Shown: positions 21,655 through 32,330, counted from the first letter of the whole stretch. The stretch: 62,791 bases of DNA, filler included, from an uncultured Methanoregulaceae archaeon (GCA_964530035.1; 17 parts of 17 records of this genome joined end to end with filler, not necessarily neighbours in it), one strand, 5' to 3'. A program made the numbers and translations. Notes: a model not told the origin generated them from the sequence alone.

Positions 21655-22679
21655 AGAATCCGCCTCCACTGGGCAAGGACACGCCTGGCTCCTGCTGTCC
21701 CGGCAGGGAGAGGGTCGGGAACAGGAAGGACGGGGCCGTCCTCACCTATCCAGATACCAGCGGAACCGGCGATCTCTGTCGCAAATGCCAGGGCATCAGG
21801 ACGTAACAAACCAAATCTCCCCATTTTCCCTTTCAGAGACCTGAATGATGCAAGCATCTCCTGCTGGAGGTCATACTCCTTCTCTGCGGCCGCTTCTCCG
21901 TCAACACCAAGGAGGCTTCCTGCCTTTTCAAGAAAGGTCCTCGTTCCTAAAAGACCGGTTGGAAATGCTGGAAGGGTGGGGATCATGAAGGTATCAGCGA
22001 GGTACTTCCCGGCGTCGTGGACAGAAGAATCCCTCAGAACCGCAAGTCGTGCCGAAGCAAGGTCCTTGAGGCCTGCATAGGGCATGGACCTGACGAAACG
22101 GACGGTAACCGGCTGCCCAAGCAGTGACAGCAGCCGTTTCACTTCGAGGTACTGGGCATCGGCATCGAATTCAAGGTTTTTTTCCCCGACGACCGCAACT
22201 CCTGATTTCTCCCCGGGAGCTGGCGCAGTGGCGGCAAGTCTCACCAGTGCTTCATTCACCCCAGATTCGAAGCCTCCCCCGATGAATCCTCCTATGGGGA
22301 TCAGGATGACCGGGACCGGAGGATCATCCCCTACAACCTCGCTGATATCGTCACCTATAGTCTCTGCGATACAACTGCTGATAATGAATATCACGGACGG
22401 GTTGTGGCGGGAGACTGACCGGAGTGCCTGTGAAAGAGCAGGGATGCCCCCAAATATAATCTCCCGCTCAGTAAGCCTTGATGAACCGACCCGCGGGATC
22501 CCGGGGCGCCCCTGGTCCATCTGGAGCGAGTGGAGAAGCGAGATGAACTGGTGGCTGCACCCGTCCGGGCCATGAACGAGGGAGAATGACCCCTCGACCG
22601 CGGTCGTAACCGACAGGGCACCGGAAACGGCACAGCCAACATGGCGGATCGAATCACACCGGGTGGGAATAACAGGCAT
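21651..22679 (-). CDS. Nitrogenase component-1-like oxidoreductase subunit
   Basis: GCAVSGA, HGPDGC, LTEREIIFGG, SSCIAETIGDDI. Confidence 0.87.
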   Translation of the reverse strand: MPVIPTRCDSIRHVGCAVSGALSVTTAVEGSFSLVHGPDGCSHQFISLLHSLQMDQGRPGIPRVGSSRLTEREIIFGGIPALSQALRSVSRHNPSVIFIISSCIAETIGDDISEVVGDDPPVPVILIPIGGFIGGGFESGVNEALVRLAATAPAPGEKSGVAVVGEKNLEFDADAQYLEVKRLLSLLGQPVTVRFVRSMPYAGLKDLASARLAVLRDSSVHDAGKYLADTFMIPTLPAFPTGLLGTRTFLEKAGSLLGVDGEAAAEKEYDLQQEMLASFRSLKGKMGRFGLLRPDALAFATEIAGSAGIWIGEDGPVLPVPDPLPAGTAGARRVLAQWRRIL

Positions 22680-22961
22680 CGTAAGTAAACCAGGCAGGCT
22701 GCCAGGGTTCTCTGGAATGGCTGCCGCCGTACAGTTTGATAGCAGGAGGCCTAAGCTTTTCCATCGGCAGGGTAGATGACCCGGTTTCTTTGGATTCCTT
22801 CCAGCCTTTGAATCAACAGGCACGGCTGGCGGCTTAATCCACCAGCCAGCCTGATGCAGGATGGATTTCTGAACCGCCGATATTCAGGAGGGGGTTCGGA
22901 CCCGCCTGGAAAGAATACTTCATCCGATAAGGCTTTCTGACTGGAAACGAAAATTTGAGTA

Positions 22962-23546
22962 ATGGCATGTACCCGGTTTCCATGGATCATCGCACTTGGC
23001 CTGGTGCTCACCGTGGCCCTGCTCGCGGGCTGCATCACAACACAGGCGGGAAACAGCACCGGGCCACAGGCCGTGTCACCTGGACCTGATACGAACACTA
23101 GCGGGCCGGCCTTGGACGACTGGACCACCATCATGCTGACCGATGTCGTGACAGGCCGGCAGTTTACCATTCAGGACCTCGTGAAAGAGGGGAAACCGGT
23201 CGTTATCCATACCTTTGCCGTGTGGTGCCCGACATGTACCATACAGCTCGATGAGTCAACGAAGATGCAGGCACATAATCCCGATGCCTACACTGTCCTC
23301 GCGATCGATATTGACCCGAGAGAGGACGCGGATGCGATCAGGAAGCATGCAGACAAGAATGGTTTTACCGGCCTGTTTGCCGCCGCACCCGCTGACCTGT
23401 CCAATGACCTCATCGAGGTTTTCGGGAACAGGGCGGTCATCAAGCTTCCGGTCACGATTGTCATCTGCAATAAGAAGGCGTCATATATCGGAGACGGCGC
23501 ACGGTATGAGACCACCCTGAAAGGCATCCTCGACAACCTCTGCTGA
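22962..23546 (+). CDS. Thioredoxin-fold (TlpA-like) lipoprotein
   Basis: Lipobox LLAGC and FAVWCPTC active site. Confidence 0.85.
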   Translation: MACTRFPWIIALGLVLTVALLAGCITTQAGNSTGPQAVSPGPDTNTSGPALDDWTTIMLTDVVTGRQFTIQDLVKEGKPVVIHTFAVWCPTCTIQLDESTKMQAHNPDAYTVLAIDIDPREDADAIRKHADKNGFTGLFAAAPADLSNDLIEVFGNRAVIKLPVTIVICNKKASYIGDGARYETTLKGILDNLC

Positions 23547-23694
23547 CATCCCCATGACCGGAGGTATCATCGAGACCTGGTTCCTGTCCTTCCTNNNNNN
23601 NNNNNNNNNNNNNNNNNNNNNNNNNNNNNNNNNNNNNNTTAATTAATTAANNNNNNNNNNNNNNNNNNNNNNNNNNNNNNNNNNNNNNNNNNNN

Positions 23695-26189
23695 GCCGCC
23701 TCCTCCACCTCGGCATGGTCGGCGAACCCATCCTGGCCGACCCGGGGGATCATCTCATACACGGCTAGGTCGTGTTCACAATCGGTGTGGACACGGTGGA
23801 AATCACCCGAGACCCTGTGAAGCACCGACCCGGAGGGCACCGCTTTATCATTGCACACCAGCCCCGGGTTACTGGTTTTCATGTTCAGGACTTCAAGGGA
23901 TATGGAGGGGACATTTTCCCGGGCAAGTAATTCCGCACACAAGACCTGGTATTTTTCCCGGTTCTGCATGCACAATGTTGACCCCCGGCTAAAACCGGCT
24001 GACAGGTCCCTGAGTGCATCTTCTGTCCGGCAATTATCCATGAGCATCCCGGCACTCGTCAGGTGATAGACCCAGTCCCACCCAGGGTGAACAGAGAGCA
24101 TTGCATTCAATATCTCCCTTGCCGCCGATGGCTTGCCAATAGCATGGTAGGTCTTTGCCAGGGCGAGTGCCTTTTCACCGTTTTTTTTATCAGCATCCCA
24201 TGATTCGCGGAACCGGGAAAGCCCAACTGCTGATGAAACGACACTCCTGTCGAATCCCCTGGACTGCAGTGTGCTCCGGATCGCATTCTGTTCCCTGATG
24301 TCGCGGGGGCTGTATCCGGAACAGATCAGGTCGATAAGGTTGCATGCCGTTTCAGGATATTGCAGGCCTCGTTCTATCGCCGCCTCCTCGTTTCTCATCG
24401 TAATGGGTTCGAACAGAACCCCTCCGCTGTAGAGAGGATGAAGGGTGTAATACCCGGAGACGACATCCCTGATGAAATCTACATCTGCCTGAGGGTATTT
24501 TTTATGAAGGACCCTGACGGCCTGGTCGGCAGGGAGATGCACGATGGTGTGGATGGAGAAGCGGTCCATAAATTCGAAGGAGAAATCATTCACCTCATAC
24601 GGGGGACGGTTCGGGTTGATATTCACACAGATGGCCGCCCGGACCACTGCTTCCCTGCCCCGTGGGAGCCGGACGAGACGGTCCTGCAGGAGGTCGTTGA
24701 AGGATACAAGGACCCCTGGATTTGCCTTGTTCGCCTCGTCAAGAACGATTATCCACCGGTGGTCCGCATCGGTGAGGGCCTGGAGCCCGAGGGTGGCCGT
24801 ATCACCCGTTTTACCCTCCTCCTCCTCACCAAAACTACGGTAGGTAAGGAGGTCGGACACTTTCGTCTCGCCACTCATCCCGATGACCAGTAGATTCCAG
24901 TTGAGCAGGTGGGAGAGATAACTTTCCAGCTTGTTTTTCCCAACCCCTGCTTCCCCGATAAGAAGGATATTTTCCTGCAGGACAATGTCCTTGAGGATCC
25001 ATTCCAGGTCTGCGAGGTTCTGAGGTACTTCCTCGATTACCGTGTCAGGTACATACGGGCCTCCCGGGCCGACAGGATGAGTAACGTCCCCTATCTGGAG
25101 ACAGGGGGTGTCCTTCCCTGATTTCTGGACTGTCTGCGACCCTACCCTGGCAGGGCGGGGGGAGTCCGCAATATCGTGGAGGTCGAGGAGATCTTCAACC
25201 AGTTTCTTGGCAATGGGAGGATGGATCCGCTCATCCAGCCAGTAGGCCTTTCGCCAGAAAAGTGAACGTATCATGTCCGCGTCCCTGGGAAAAACCTCGA
25301 GGTGGCGGACCATCCTGATAAGGGCCCGGGTCGTTACAGGAAACGGTACTACGCCATGTTCCTCGCCATAATCCCTCCTGATGTCATTTGCAAGAACGAC
25401 AAGACGGTCAATGATACGGTCATCAACGTCTTTTCCGTAATCCTTCAGCACCTCGAACTCCTGGTCCGGGGGGAGGTACTTCAGGTGGACCTTGTTTGTA
25501 AAACGGTTCATGAACTCGCCGCTCATCACCCGGCCCTCATAGATGCCCCTCCCTTCACCTTTCACCGGGTTCACAGTGGCGATGAAACGGCTGTCAGGAT
25601 GCCCGTGGATGACCCGCTGGTGGAGTGTTTTTGCCTTGTTCTCCAAGGGCTCGTTGAACTCGGCCTGGACGTCCTCTCCCGTCCGGTTAATCTCCGAGAG
25701 GACGTTCCAGTCACCCGCGACCATGCCGTCCATCACGTCGCTCATCGTCCAACCCGTCTTTTCCTCCCCGCTTTCCCCATAGTGCCGCCGTTCGGTGATA
25801 TCCGAACGCCGTATGTTTTCATGGAATGTCAGCACCCTCGCCTGGAAGGACGACGCCCGTGAATTGATATGTGCGGCGACAGCGGGATCCTGTTCCTCCA
25901 GGGCTTTCCTGAAAAGAGTTTCCTGGTACACCCTTCCAAGATATCTGACAAAGGAAGTCTTTCCTGAACCGGATTCACCGGTAACCAGCAGGTTATTCCT
26001 TGAAGGCATCCGGAGTGCATCCCACATCTGCTGCAGGGAAAGGATGTTCGCAGGTACTAAAATGAGTCGCGGGTCTTCCGGCGCTGCAAAGGTAACGCCA
26101 CCGATACTGAGATGCGATGCGACAGGTACACGGCACCCCTTTCTTGTACCTGCCACCGTGAGGGGACCTAAATCTTTTAATTCGAACAT
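23695..26189 (-). CDS. Tandem AAA+ ATPase (MoxR/dynein-related, VWA8/midasin-like) with TPR-like C-terminal region (3' truncated)
   Basis: Walker A GESGSGKT and GEAGVGKN, Walker B VLSEIN and IVLDEAN, sensor ATVNP and NINP, Arg-finger FMNRF and FMDRF. Confidence 0.88.
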
Positions 26190-27375
26190 ATTTTCTTATC
26201 TTCCTCCGTTTCCTGGTCTTGTCCACGTGTCGTATGATCTTTCTTCCATGCAGTAAGGGCAGGGTGTGAGAGCTCCCTCCTGAGGACCTCGCCCATGGAG
26301 CGGGGGAGATCTGCAATATCCGGGACCCATGTCCCATAGGGGCGGTAAGTCTCCTCGATCTCCTCCATATCCGGTCCGATCCCCCAGCCGAAAATTCTTG
26401 TCTCACGGTTCAGCGAGAATACTTCTCTCAGCGGGTCCCGTCCCCCGACACCAGACTGCCCGTCCGATATGACAAATATCATGCGGTTCGTTCCTGCATC
26501 CGACCTGAGACGGTTCATCCTCTCAAGTGCGCTACCCACCGCCCCCACATCGTTCGTGCCCCCCGACGCCTGGATGACCTGCCGGATAAGGTAGCAACCC
26601 TGGTGGATGCTCCAGCCATCCTGGTAGCGTTTGAGTGGGATGTACTCTACGTCAGCAAATGCTGCAATCTCAAAGGATATCCCTGAAATACGGTTCACAG
26701 CCTCACCGAAGAGGAGCGCACACTGTATGGTGGCCTCGAGCTTCTTCGCGACGGTCTCATCATGCATGCTGCTGCTTGCATCGATGAGAAGAGAGAGGTT
26801 CCAGCGGGTCTTGTCAGGCTGTTTCCCGGTGTCTTTGAAGATCCTCATCGTAGTCCTGACGGCGGCGAGGTTTTCCTCGTCGATATCGTCCCCCGTGATG
26901 AGTTCGGTGAGGTCATGGGTAGGTCTGTTCTTCTGGAGGGCTTGTTGGATATTCTTGCGTGCAACACCGATCAGCCCTGCCACAGGCTGGTAGAAACGCT
27001 GGTACAGCGTATAATCGTCCTGCCCGACCGAATGGGTCTCAAGGAGGGCAATGGTCCGGATCCGCTCTGCCTTTTCCTCAAGTGTTTCCCATTCACTTCT
27101 CGTCCTCTGCCGCAGCGAGCTCAGGTAAAGCTCTGCCTCGCGGGTAAGGGCCGTTTCCCCCTGTTCATACCGTTTTTCAGCGAAGTGCTGCGAATTCCTT
27201 CCGCCGGAGGGCCCATTCAGCTCCTCTATACAGTCTTCCCCAAAACTATCGTCGAAGTACGAAAGGCTCTCCCATAACTCCTGGTTATAATCTGCACCGG
27301 GGATAAAAGATGGTTCAATCCTCCCTGTGCGTCCAGAAGGGGGAATGCTTCCGGTTTCCTGGCCCTCTTCAGGAT
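26177..27375 (-). CDS. vWA (MIDAS) domain protein (5' truncated; frame open to contig end)
   Basis: LLIDASSSM, SGGTND, FVISDG. No stop codon between 26983 and 27375 in this frame. Confidence 0.88.
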
Positions 27376-27879
27376 NNNNNNNNNNNNNNNNNNNNNNNNN
27401 NNNNNNNNNNNNNNNNNNNTTAATTAATTAANNNNNNNNNNNNNNNNNNNNNNNNNNNNNNNNNNNNNNNNNNNNAACATGGTGTTGAAGAGGGGCTGGT
27501 CCTTCCCACCACGTTAAGGATTTCATTGCGGGATACAGTGTCACACACTACCCCCAACAAAACCAGTATACGCGCATGATCTGAGCTCACATGGATGGAA
27601 TTGGTGGAAAAGACGGAGTATAAACCGATACATTCAAAGAGGGATTTTATCGCCCCCACAGTGCGGTTTCCATGCGGATTATAATCAGCACTTAATCGGT
27701 AAGCCCGTTACCATTTACAAAATAAATGGTGGATTCGCCGTTATTCCAGACCCCAACAAGTTTAAACCTGTCCAAATAGGGAATAGTTCCCATAATGTTA
27801 ATGAATCAGAATTCTGTGAGTTTAAACTCATTCAAACATCATCGGACTCTTTTAAAGTTATAAAAGGAGAAAACAATGA

Positions 27880-27952
27880 TACCCCCGACCGGATTCGAAC
27901 CGGTGTCGCCGGATCCAAAGTCCTGCATGATTGACCGCTACACTACGGGGGT
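27880..27952 (-). tRNA. tRNA-Gln(TTG)
   Basis: Acceptor ACCCCCG/CGGGGGT+A, anticodon loop CT-TTG-GA, T-arm ACCGG-TTCGAAT-CCGGT. No encoded CCA. Confidence 0.93.
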
Positions 27953-27975
27953 TCCCTATGCTATTCGTTCGAATC

Positions 27976-27986
27976 CCTAATAAATT
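27976..27986 (-). promoter_or_regulatory. Putative TATA box of the tRNA gene
   Basis: TTTATTA about 26-32 nt upstream of the mature 5' end. Confidence 0.45.
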
Positions 27987-28053
27987 CGTCCCAACAGACG
28001 TTTTTAGGCCATTTTCCATTGTTTGACCTTTTTTTGCATTTTGAGATTGGTTT

Positions 28054-29511
28054 TCATATATACACCAGCCTCCCCTCCACCCGGCTCCCCAGGTTCTGGT
28101 GGGCCTTCAGATACTCCTCGAGCACCCCCACGGCCGACTTCGCGATTGTCTTCGACCCTGACAGGCGCTTTAAGTCCTCGAGCGTGATGTCGAGGTTTTT
28201 CGTGCAGTTGTCGACATGGTAGCCCAGTAGTGCGATCGTATAGGTCCCTGCATCATCAACCGGTCTGCCGTTCAGGGTCAGCGACTCGAGTGTCCGGGTC
28301 TTGTCGTTATAGACCGCCCTGACACCGGTGCTGACCTGGTAGCACTCCCCCTCCCCGGTACGGTTTTCGGGCCGCATGATATGTGTGAAGATACGCCGGA
28401 GCTGGTCTCCCGTCACGGTAAACCGCTTGATCGGGTCATCGAGGGGGAAACAGGCCCTGAGCTGCCCGAGGGTGACCGCCGGCCCGAGCTCCTTCTGGCG
28501 GATGGAGCCTGAACCGGCCAGCATGACGTCACACTGGGCTACCTCGCGGTAGATATCGGCGGCGAGGTTTCCAAGCGGGGTCTCGACCTCCCTGCTCTGG
28601 TGCTGGAGAGGTGTCTGGAACCGGCAGATCAGGGTGTTGTACTTCCGGTCGACGACCTCCCTGAAGGAGTCGATATAGGCAAGGAGGTTCTGGTCCGCAG
28701 GTGCACTCTCCTCTGAAACCGGGATGAGCTGCCACCGGTACTCTGCAACCTTGTTGGTAGCCTCGTCGACCATGATATCGAACCGGCCCACCTGGTCGGT
28801 GCCCACCCCGGCCTGGGCAATGAGGATATTGTTTTCGACAACCGGCCGTTCGAGCACCGTGTGGGAATGCCCGCCGATGATGAGGTCCACGCCGAAGACC
28901 GGGTCAAGCATCGCGGCGAGTTCGCAGTCGGAGCTGATACCGATGTGGGTCAAAAGAATGGTCAGGTCGATGTCGTCGTTCCGGTACGTGTCGCATATCC
29001 TGCCGATTTCCTGACTTGCCTCCTCGAGGGAGATGAAGGTCCCTATCTCGGAGTCCCGGGCGATGGAGTCCATCACCTTCTCGGTGATGATACCGATGAA
29101 GAGGATGTTCATGCCTGCCTTCCGGAGTACGATATGGGGGGTCATCAGGCGCTTGTGGTATTTCCTGATGTACAGGTTGGCATTGACGATAGGGAACATC
29201 GCCATCTTTTCGAGAAACAGGAGGTGCCGGAGCCCGTAGTCAAGCTCGTGGTTCCCAAGCGTCGCCACGTCCGGTGCCAGGTAGTTCATGATCTCGATGG
29301 TCGATATCCCCTTGTACTCGGAGTCGATGAGGGACCCCTGCACCATGTCTCCGGCGATAACAAAGAGGACGTTCTCCTCTTCACCCCTGACCTTGTTGAG
29401 GTACCCTGATAACAGTGCCAGGCCCCCGGTAAGGACCCCGGATTCACCCCGTACTTCTGCCAGGAAGTCACCATGCATGTCGTTCGAGTGCAGGACCGTG
29501 AGCCGCTTCAT
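28054..29511 (-). CDS. Metallophosphoesterase/5'-nucleotidase (no signal peptide)
   Basis: LHSNDMHG, AGDMVQGS, LGNHELD, LTHIG and GGHSH motifs plus a C-terminal 5'-nucleotidase domain (ETPLGNL). Confidence 0.92.
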   Translation of the reverse strand: MKRLTVLHSNDMHGDFLAEVRGESGVLTGGLALLSGYLNKVRGEEENVLFVIAGDMVQGSLIDSEYKGISTIEIMNYLAPDVATLGNHELDYGLRHLLFLEKMAMFPIVNANLYIRKYHKRLMTPHIVLRKAGMNILFIGIITEKVMDSIARDSEIGTFISLEEASQEIGRICDTYRNDDIDLTILLTHIGISSDCELAAMLDPVFGVDLIIGGHSHTVLERPVVENNILIAQAGVGTDQVGRFDIMVDEATNKVAEYRWQLIPVSEESAPADQNLLAYIDSFREVVDRKYNTLICRFQTPLQHQSREVETPLGNLAADIYREVAQCDVMLAGSGSIRQKELGPAVTLGQLRACFPLDDPIKRFTVTGDQLRRIFTHIMRPENRTGEGECYQVSTGVRAVYNDKTRTLESLTLNGRPVDDAGTYTIALLGYHVDNCTKNLDITLEDLKRLSGSKTIAKSAVGVLEEYLKAHQNLGSRVEGRLVYI

Positions 29512-29660
29512 CCTGTTACATTCTTCCAGCCAGTTGTTTAACGGTTGCGGAGAAAGGGAGCCCCGCACCATCCCGTGCGAAAAGGCCGCCCCGGAAATGA
29601 GAAGCATCGAAACGACTGGCCGCCATGACGGAAAAAAGGGGAGGATGAGAGCCGGGGTTC

Positions 29661-30335
29661 TTAAGATGAAATGACCAGCCGGTTTCCAAGCAGGCGAACG
29701 ACATCAGGCACCTGGAGAAAACTCCGGGGGTCCCCCCGGGTTGGAAACACATGCTTTCCCTGCCCCGTGTCAAGGCGGACCTCCCAGGACTCGGTGTTCC
29801 ACTCACAGTCATCACCGGTCTCGTGGGTGACGCTGGACACCGACAGCGACCTGAGATCTTCGAGAGGAATGGCGAAACTTCCGGGGTTTTTCGCCAGGGC
29901 CTCGTCAGGGTCCATCCTCCCGAGTTGCTCGGAAAAGTTACAGACCCAGATCATGCTCATCTTCGCCTGGTACCGTGCGAAAAAGCCCTTGTTCTCAGCC
30001 TTTGCTTTCTTTCCTGCCTCCTCCACACCCGAGGACACCAGGCCGTTCACATCGACGCAGACAAGACGCCTGCTGGTGATCACGATGTTGAAAAAATCGG
30101 TTTTTACGAGATTTTTCTGCTTCATCAGGTTCGGGACAACCGACAGGACGCGTTCATTGGATGAAGCCCAGAGTGCCCCCGGGGTGGCTGCCCCGGCCGG
30201 TGGACTATAGTTCCCGACAGGTGGTGCAGCAGGTGTCGTTGGCGGAGGTGGCCGTGAGGTCCGGGGTGTCCCGCACCCGGGGCAGAAATTCGGGTTATTA
30301 AACAGTTCTTCACCGCAGTTGCGACAAAACGGCAT
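29661..30335 (-). CDS. Zinc-ribbon domain protein
   Basis: MPFCRNCG...FCPGCG, a Pro-rich linker, then a possible PH-like domain (IVITSRRLV). Confidence 0.75.
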   Translation of the reverse strand: MPFCRNCGEELFNNPNFCPGCGTPRTSRPPPPTTPAAPPVGNYSPPAGAATPGALWASSNERVLSVVPNLMKQKNLVKTDFFNIVITSRRLVCVDVNGLVSSGVEEAGKKAKAENKGFFARYQAKMSMIWVCNFSEQLGRMDPDEALAKNPGSFAIPLEDLRSLSVSSVTHETGDDCEWNTESWEVRLDTGQGKHVFPTRGDPRSFLQVPDVVRLLGNRLVISS

Positions 30336-30447
30336 ATATTCTCTTGTTTCTTGCAGGAACACATCAAGTCTTTGGCAGGCAGGCTGCACCGTGGGACTGT
30401 CCGGAGAACAGGACCAGGGAGTTTCCCTGGCAAATAGGTCGTCCGGG

Positions 30448-31026
30448 TCAGAACCCTGCCTGTTCCGCTGCGTCCCAGCGGGCCATCCCTCTCCGGACCA
30501 TCAGCCATGCCGGGACAAGGAGCAGCAGGGCGGCGAATGAATAATACGGTCCCGCGAAGGCAAGGGAGGTGAGGACCGCCAGGGCGACACCCATGAGGAC
30601 GAGGTAGCTCATGAGGACCCTGACGTCATACACGAGGACGCTGGGAGAGAGCCCGGTGAGCCATACCGAGATACCCGTCCCGTATACCGATACCGCCAGG
30701 CAGAGGACAACTGCGGGGATGACATATGCTGTTTCCCCGGAAAAAAACGCGAAAACCACCAGCAGCACCGCAGGGGCGACCTGGAGCAGGCAGAAACTGG
30801 TGACCTTGGCGGAGATCACCGAGTGTACGGCGACCGGGAGGCAGGCATACGGCCCGTAGGAATCAAACATGGTGACCCAGGTGTACATGGTCGATCCGAT
30901 GACCCCGGTGATGAGGGCGAACATCAAAAAAAGGCCGTGCGGCGGGAGGAACGGACCGAGCATGGAGAGGAAGAACCAGATGACGAGGAGTGGCACGAGA
31001 AATGAAAAGATCATCTGGCCGATGAC
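30448..31026 (-). CDS. Polytopic membrane protein (5' truncated)
   Basis: About six hydrophobic helices. Confidence 0.7.
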   Translation of the reverse strand, partial: VIGQMIFSFLVPLLVIWFFLSMLGPFLPPHGLFLMFALITGVIGSTMYTWVTMFDSYGPYACLPVAVHSVISAKVTSFCLLQVAPAVLLVVFAFFSGETAYVIPAVVLCLAVSVYGTGISVWLTGLSPSVLVYDVRVLMSYLVLMGVALAVLTSLAFAGPYYSFAALLLLVPAWLMVRRGMARWDAAEQAGF

Positions 31027-31126
31027 NNNNNNNNNNNNNNNNNNNNNNNNNNNNNNNNNNNNNNNNNNNNTTAATTAATTAANNNNNNNNNNNNNNNNNN
31101 NNNNNNNNNNNNNNNNNNNNNNNNNN

Positions 31127-31403
31127 CTGGCTATCGTATGCAGGGGGTTTGGGGGGCGGCAGCCCCCCGGTTCTCATCTCTGTGATCCTCTGCTTTTTAA
31201 AAGTAAAAGCCAAAAAATCGACTCTATTAGAATCTAATGAACTGAAGTTCACACCCAAACCATGAAAATTTCCCTTCAAATATCCTTATGTTAGGGCCAT
31301 TTTTGCAATTTCATAGGAAACCCCCTGATCGGAATCGCCGCTGAAGAAGACCTCTCATAATGGGGTGAATAACAATGAAGACAGGAAGGATTTTAACGAA
31401 ACC
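31127..31403 (-). mobile_element. MITE-like repeat, copy C (left part, at contig start)
   Basis: Reverse complement of 62498-62777, including GGGGGGCTGCCGCCCCCCAAACCCCCTGCATACGATAGCC. Confidence 0.85.
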
Positions 31404-31619
31404 GAAAAATGACCTGTTCAAGCGTTCCATGACACGGTCCGCCAGGTTCACCGTCACCGTGTCATCCCTGTTGCGGGGGACACCCCGTCATGGGAGAAGT
31501 ACGAGTCCACGAGGGGCATTGTATCCATCCGGACCATGAGGTCCAGGTCATTGTTCCTCGAAAAAAGAATGGAAAGACCAGGCAGTCCCGGGTACTCCCC
31601 GGGCTGCCTGTTCCTGCAG

Positions 31620-31730
31620 TCAATGAACCGTGTAATGGTGTCCGCAGACCCCGCACAGCTCGGAACCATATACGTCGACGAACCCCGTACAACTGCACCC
31701 CTCCTCGGAGCAGCTGCCGAACTCCGGCAT
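31620..31730 (-). CDS. Putative 36-aa Cys/His zinc-binding microprotein
   Basis: AGGAG RBS; MPEFGSCSEEGCSCTGFVDVYGSELCGVCGHHYTVH*. Confidence 0.6.
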   Translation of the reverse strand: MPEFGSCSEEGCSCTGFVDVYGSELCGVCGHHYTVH

Positions 31731-31989
31731 TGGCCGCTCCTGGATGCAGTCATAACACCGGCACGGTGCTTCACCGGAACCGGCGGGTTCCCTGACGTCC
31801 CCCTTCACATCCATCCCTCTGACATCTCCCTCAAGGAGAAAAAAGGTTTCTTCTCTCCTGGTCAGGGCTGATATCCGGGGCAAACCAAAAAACCGTGCGA
31901 AGTGCGGGGTTTCCTGAACCCGGTAACACGGCGGGTGCCCGGCCCCGGTGTCCCACCGGTGCAGCCAGGCCTACCGTTCGTACGCCCTT

Positions 31990-32328
31990 TTACAACAGTT
32001 TCGTCTCTTCCGTGGGCTTCGGGACCTTGACGACGAGGACCCTGAAGACCTCGCCGCTCTCATTCATCCAGCGGTGGGGGATCCTGGCCGGGCTCTCGAT
32101 AAGCATGTCCTTCGTGCAGGTCGCACGCTCGTCACCGATCTCGACGACCCCCGTGCCCTCGAGGACGTAGAAGAAGACGTCGACCGGGGTCACGTGTTTT
32201 TTAAGTGATTCACCTGGCTTCAGCGTGATGACGACCGCAACCGCGTTTTTCGTTTCGTATACCTTCCGGGCATCGACGTGGTGCGGGTTCGGCCCGGAAA
32301 CGATTTTGGCAACTTCGGTTATCTTCAT
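31990..32328 (-). CDS. Cupin domain protein
   Basis: LKPGESLKKHVTP, FYVLEGTG, PARIPH. Confidence 0.88.
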   Translation of the reverse strand: MKITEVAKIVSGPNPHHVDARKVYETKNAVAVVITLKPGESLKKHVTPVDVFFYVLEGTGVVEIGDERATCTKDMLIESPARIPHRWMNESGEVFRVLVVKVPKPTEETKLL

Positions 32329-32330
32329 GG

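Noticed and set aside
20512..22679. True nitrogenase nifDK
   Set aside because: Subunits are too short, no FeMo-co ligand motifs are recognisable, and no nifH/E/N/B genes are nearby.
22680..22960. Possible riboswitch upstream of the nitrogenase-like genes
   Set aside because: Some pairing potential but no recognisable aptamer consensus.
27476..27659. Minus-strand ORF at the contig start
   Set aside because: Short, no motifs and no RBS; cannot be supported.
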